Positions 61,542 to 64,000 of a DNA stretch of 64,000 nucleotides are shown piece after piece. Position numbers and translations under genes: made by a program. Below the pieces are notes generated by a model. That model was not told the origin of the DNA. It worked only from the letters and a program-made list of their open reading frames with translations, and ran no database searches. Origin of the DNA: Enoplolaimus lenunculus (lineage: Eukaryota); the NCBI GenBank assembly GCA_030248215.1, contig JASANG010002067.1, positions 248,001 to 312,000 on the forward strand, in the 5' to 3' direction. Positions within the stretch are counted from its first letter, which is position 1; every line of letters begins with the position of its first letter.

Positions 61542-61913
61542 CTGTGCATAAATGGAACTAACACCAGTTATTCGTTTCAAGTATTGGTTCGACATCTATT
61601 TACGAGCAAATGACCACCCTGTTATACGGTTACAGATTATTATTTGTTTTTCAACTCGCGCTCCGCCACACTTCGTTACTGATACATCCGGTACTGCATT
61701 TATCCGTTGAATTAAACTATGATTTGCCTTGTATCAAAAGCTTTAGGGATAATAGTTATTTACGCACTATTATTACGAACAATTAACATTTATGGACTCT
61801 AGGGTTTAGAGACTATCCGCTTACGAGCCCTTATTAGGGGTACGGACTCCTATAGACTGGGACTCAAAATGGGAACCCACACTTATTACCCCCTTCTAGT
61901 CGGGTCATCACAG
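61542..61913 (+). mobile_element. MITE family A, diverged
   Basis: Contains cgctccgccac.cttcgttactgata.atccggtactgca.ttatccgttgaattaaac and the right end cgggtcatcacag|ta. Confidence 0.75.
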
Positions 61914-62612
61914 TACAGTGTAAATTTAGGGAATTGATATAGTTAAATTTCTCTTTATTATATTTTTTTTACAAATGCATTTGTGTTGATTTTCATGCTT
62001 ATATATCTAATTTCTTTTACTGTGGCCTTTTCTTATTCAGTAGGTAAAGTTTTAAACAGAATTTAGCATGCAACGGACCACAAAAATTCGATGAACGATA
62101 AAATCTTTATATATTGAGTCTGCCAAAAAATATAGCTTAAGTACTTTTGAGATGAAAATTGCAAAACAAGGAGAAATTCATTTTTAAGTTTAACAACCAG
62201 CTAATGATGCTGACCCCTTAGATTTTTAAACTTATGGTGTAAAGTTTTTGGCCTTTACGAGAGGAAAAGCGCCACGTTCTGGGCATGCGTGCCAATTGGC
62301 CATCACACTCGCAACAACTGATGCAATACCAATACAGCTGCATCAAGTGTGTGTACCCTTTTTAGATGAACAGTACACGTAAGTTGACTTAAGTGAGCGA
62401 TCATCATAGAATCAGCCCAACTCAATTGAATGCACGCTTAACAAATATTTCAGCTCTTTTAAACAACAAAACTCCAAGGCGCAACCAAGCGAATAACTAC
62501 TTTTCAGCAAAAATTGTGCAACTTATAGCAGGCGTCTACGGCGAAAGGAGTGCCGTCTTTGTGCACTACGGCTGCAAAACGTTCAGCGCCGACTGACACT
62601 AAGCTACAGATG

Positions 62613-62913
62613 GGTACCCTGATTCTGTCCCGCTTTATGGGACCCCACGGGACACTTTTTCCTATTGCAATCATCTGTTTTGGAAGCCAGATAACAATTT
62701 GCAAGATATATTTCGTTTACGAAAGGTGTTATCAACATATTGACTTCGGATATATAAAGGTAAGCTATAGACGGTTACCCTGTTTTTTCCCGCTCCATGG
62801 GACCCCACGGGACACTTTTTCCTATGGTAATAATCGGTTTTGAAAGCCAGCTTACCATTTGCAAGATATATTTCGTTTACGAAAGGTGTTATCAACATAT
62901 TGACTGCGGATAT
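62613..62913. repeat. ~160-bp tandem duplication
   Basis: atgggaccccacgggacactttt...atttgcaagatatatttcgtttacgaaaggtgttatcaacatattgact occurs at 62637 and 62797. Confidence 0.9.
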
Positions 62914-64000
62914 ATGAGGATTGAAAAGTTATTTGAAATATTAATACCTAGTAAATCATTTTAGAAAGAGCGATAATGCGCTGTTTTGTTTTGAAACTTT
63001 CAACTGTCGAAATGAATTTCACGAAAATAATATATCATATCCAATCAAATCATTTAAACCGATGTAAACACGGTATTCTGAGTAATTAATTCAACAAATA
63101 TTGTACAGGTTTAAATTGAAACGTGAAAACAGTTTTACGAAGTGATGCCTACAGGGTACAGAATAACAAGAATGTATGAACATATATAAACCGATTATTA
63201 ATTATTGAACTTTCGGTAGAAATCGTTCAAAAGACTTCATATGTGAGTGCAATGTTTAGCAGTAAACACCGGCACCGCTATAAAGATACGGTCTGTGGAA
63301 TTACATACCATAATTTTTGGCAAGGGGTTTTGAAGTTTTACGTGGTTTACCATGGATTGCAAAAATTGTGCCCAAATACATGAAACACATAAAAACGAAG
63401 CACTTTTCAGGCTCACCCCGAGTATCAAATGTGCATAAGGCGGTTAAATCAACAGCTACAAACCCCTATAGTCTCAAGGGTAAGCGAAAAAATAATGCAA
63501 GGTGGTGCATGTTCATGTGCGCTAAAGTTTGTAAATTGTACATCCTTGTAGAACAGTCAATATCGACTCTTGATATAACTAGTATTTATGATGCAAAATA
63601 TTTTACTGGGGCACATTTCGTTCCAAAATCAGGTCTCAGAACCTGTGACCGCGGATGCATGTTACAGCAACCTTCTATTTGAACTGTTACACAGTGCATG
63701 TGTTACCTAGGAAATGCACCACACATTTTGGTTGTGTTGTACTTTAAAACGTCAAACTTAATACTATGCTTAAAGCCAGAACTTAAAACTGTTTACTTAG
63801 ATCAATTTTAACCTCAGTTGAAATTTTACGCAAATCGAAATTACAAAGCTACCATTTTTAAAGGAACTAACCGCAATTCAAGCTAATACAGTTTCGCCAG
63901 CCAAGAAAAAAATTACTCGTTTCTTATAGCAACAAAATATTACAATTGAGTCGGTTATTTTACAGCTCATTTCTTTCATTGAATGGAGGAAACATTCATA

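Noticed and set aside
59000..64000. Protein-coding genes in the last 5 kb (and in 33-38 kb and 44-53 kb)
   Set aside because: Only short ORFs without recognisable domains or coherent splice chains. Small exons could have been missed by eye.

Overview
Intron-rich, AT-rich eukaryotic DNA, most likely from a nematode (inferred from abundant degenerate TTAGGC hexamers and the gene families present). No prokaryotic features are present. Manual splicing gives seven genes. (1) The 3' part of an ACAP/centaurin-beta ArfGAP gene (PH-ArfGAP-ankyrin; + strand, 198-7777). (2) A 10-exon, ~590-aa secreted cysteine-rich protein built from repeated phase-1 exon modules with dibasic sites between units (- strand, 10534-21633). 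(3) A divergently transcribed 6-exon secreted protein with five ShKT-like domains (+ strand, 24250-28406). (4-6) Three paralogous small six-cysteine secreted proteins of CPG4/DUF19-like pattern (- strand, ~30.6-43.1 kb), at least one with a GPI-type tail. (7) A neuropeptide precursor with repeated KR-FSAAxxF peptides (- strand, 53867-54331). Non-coding features include a ~3.2-kb 51-bp satellite that creates long spurious ORFs, several MITE families (some nested, some carrying telomere-like hexamers or a tRNA-like head), SINE-like relics and many local tandem duplications. Exon boundaries were read by eye and are not transcript-confirmed.
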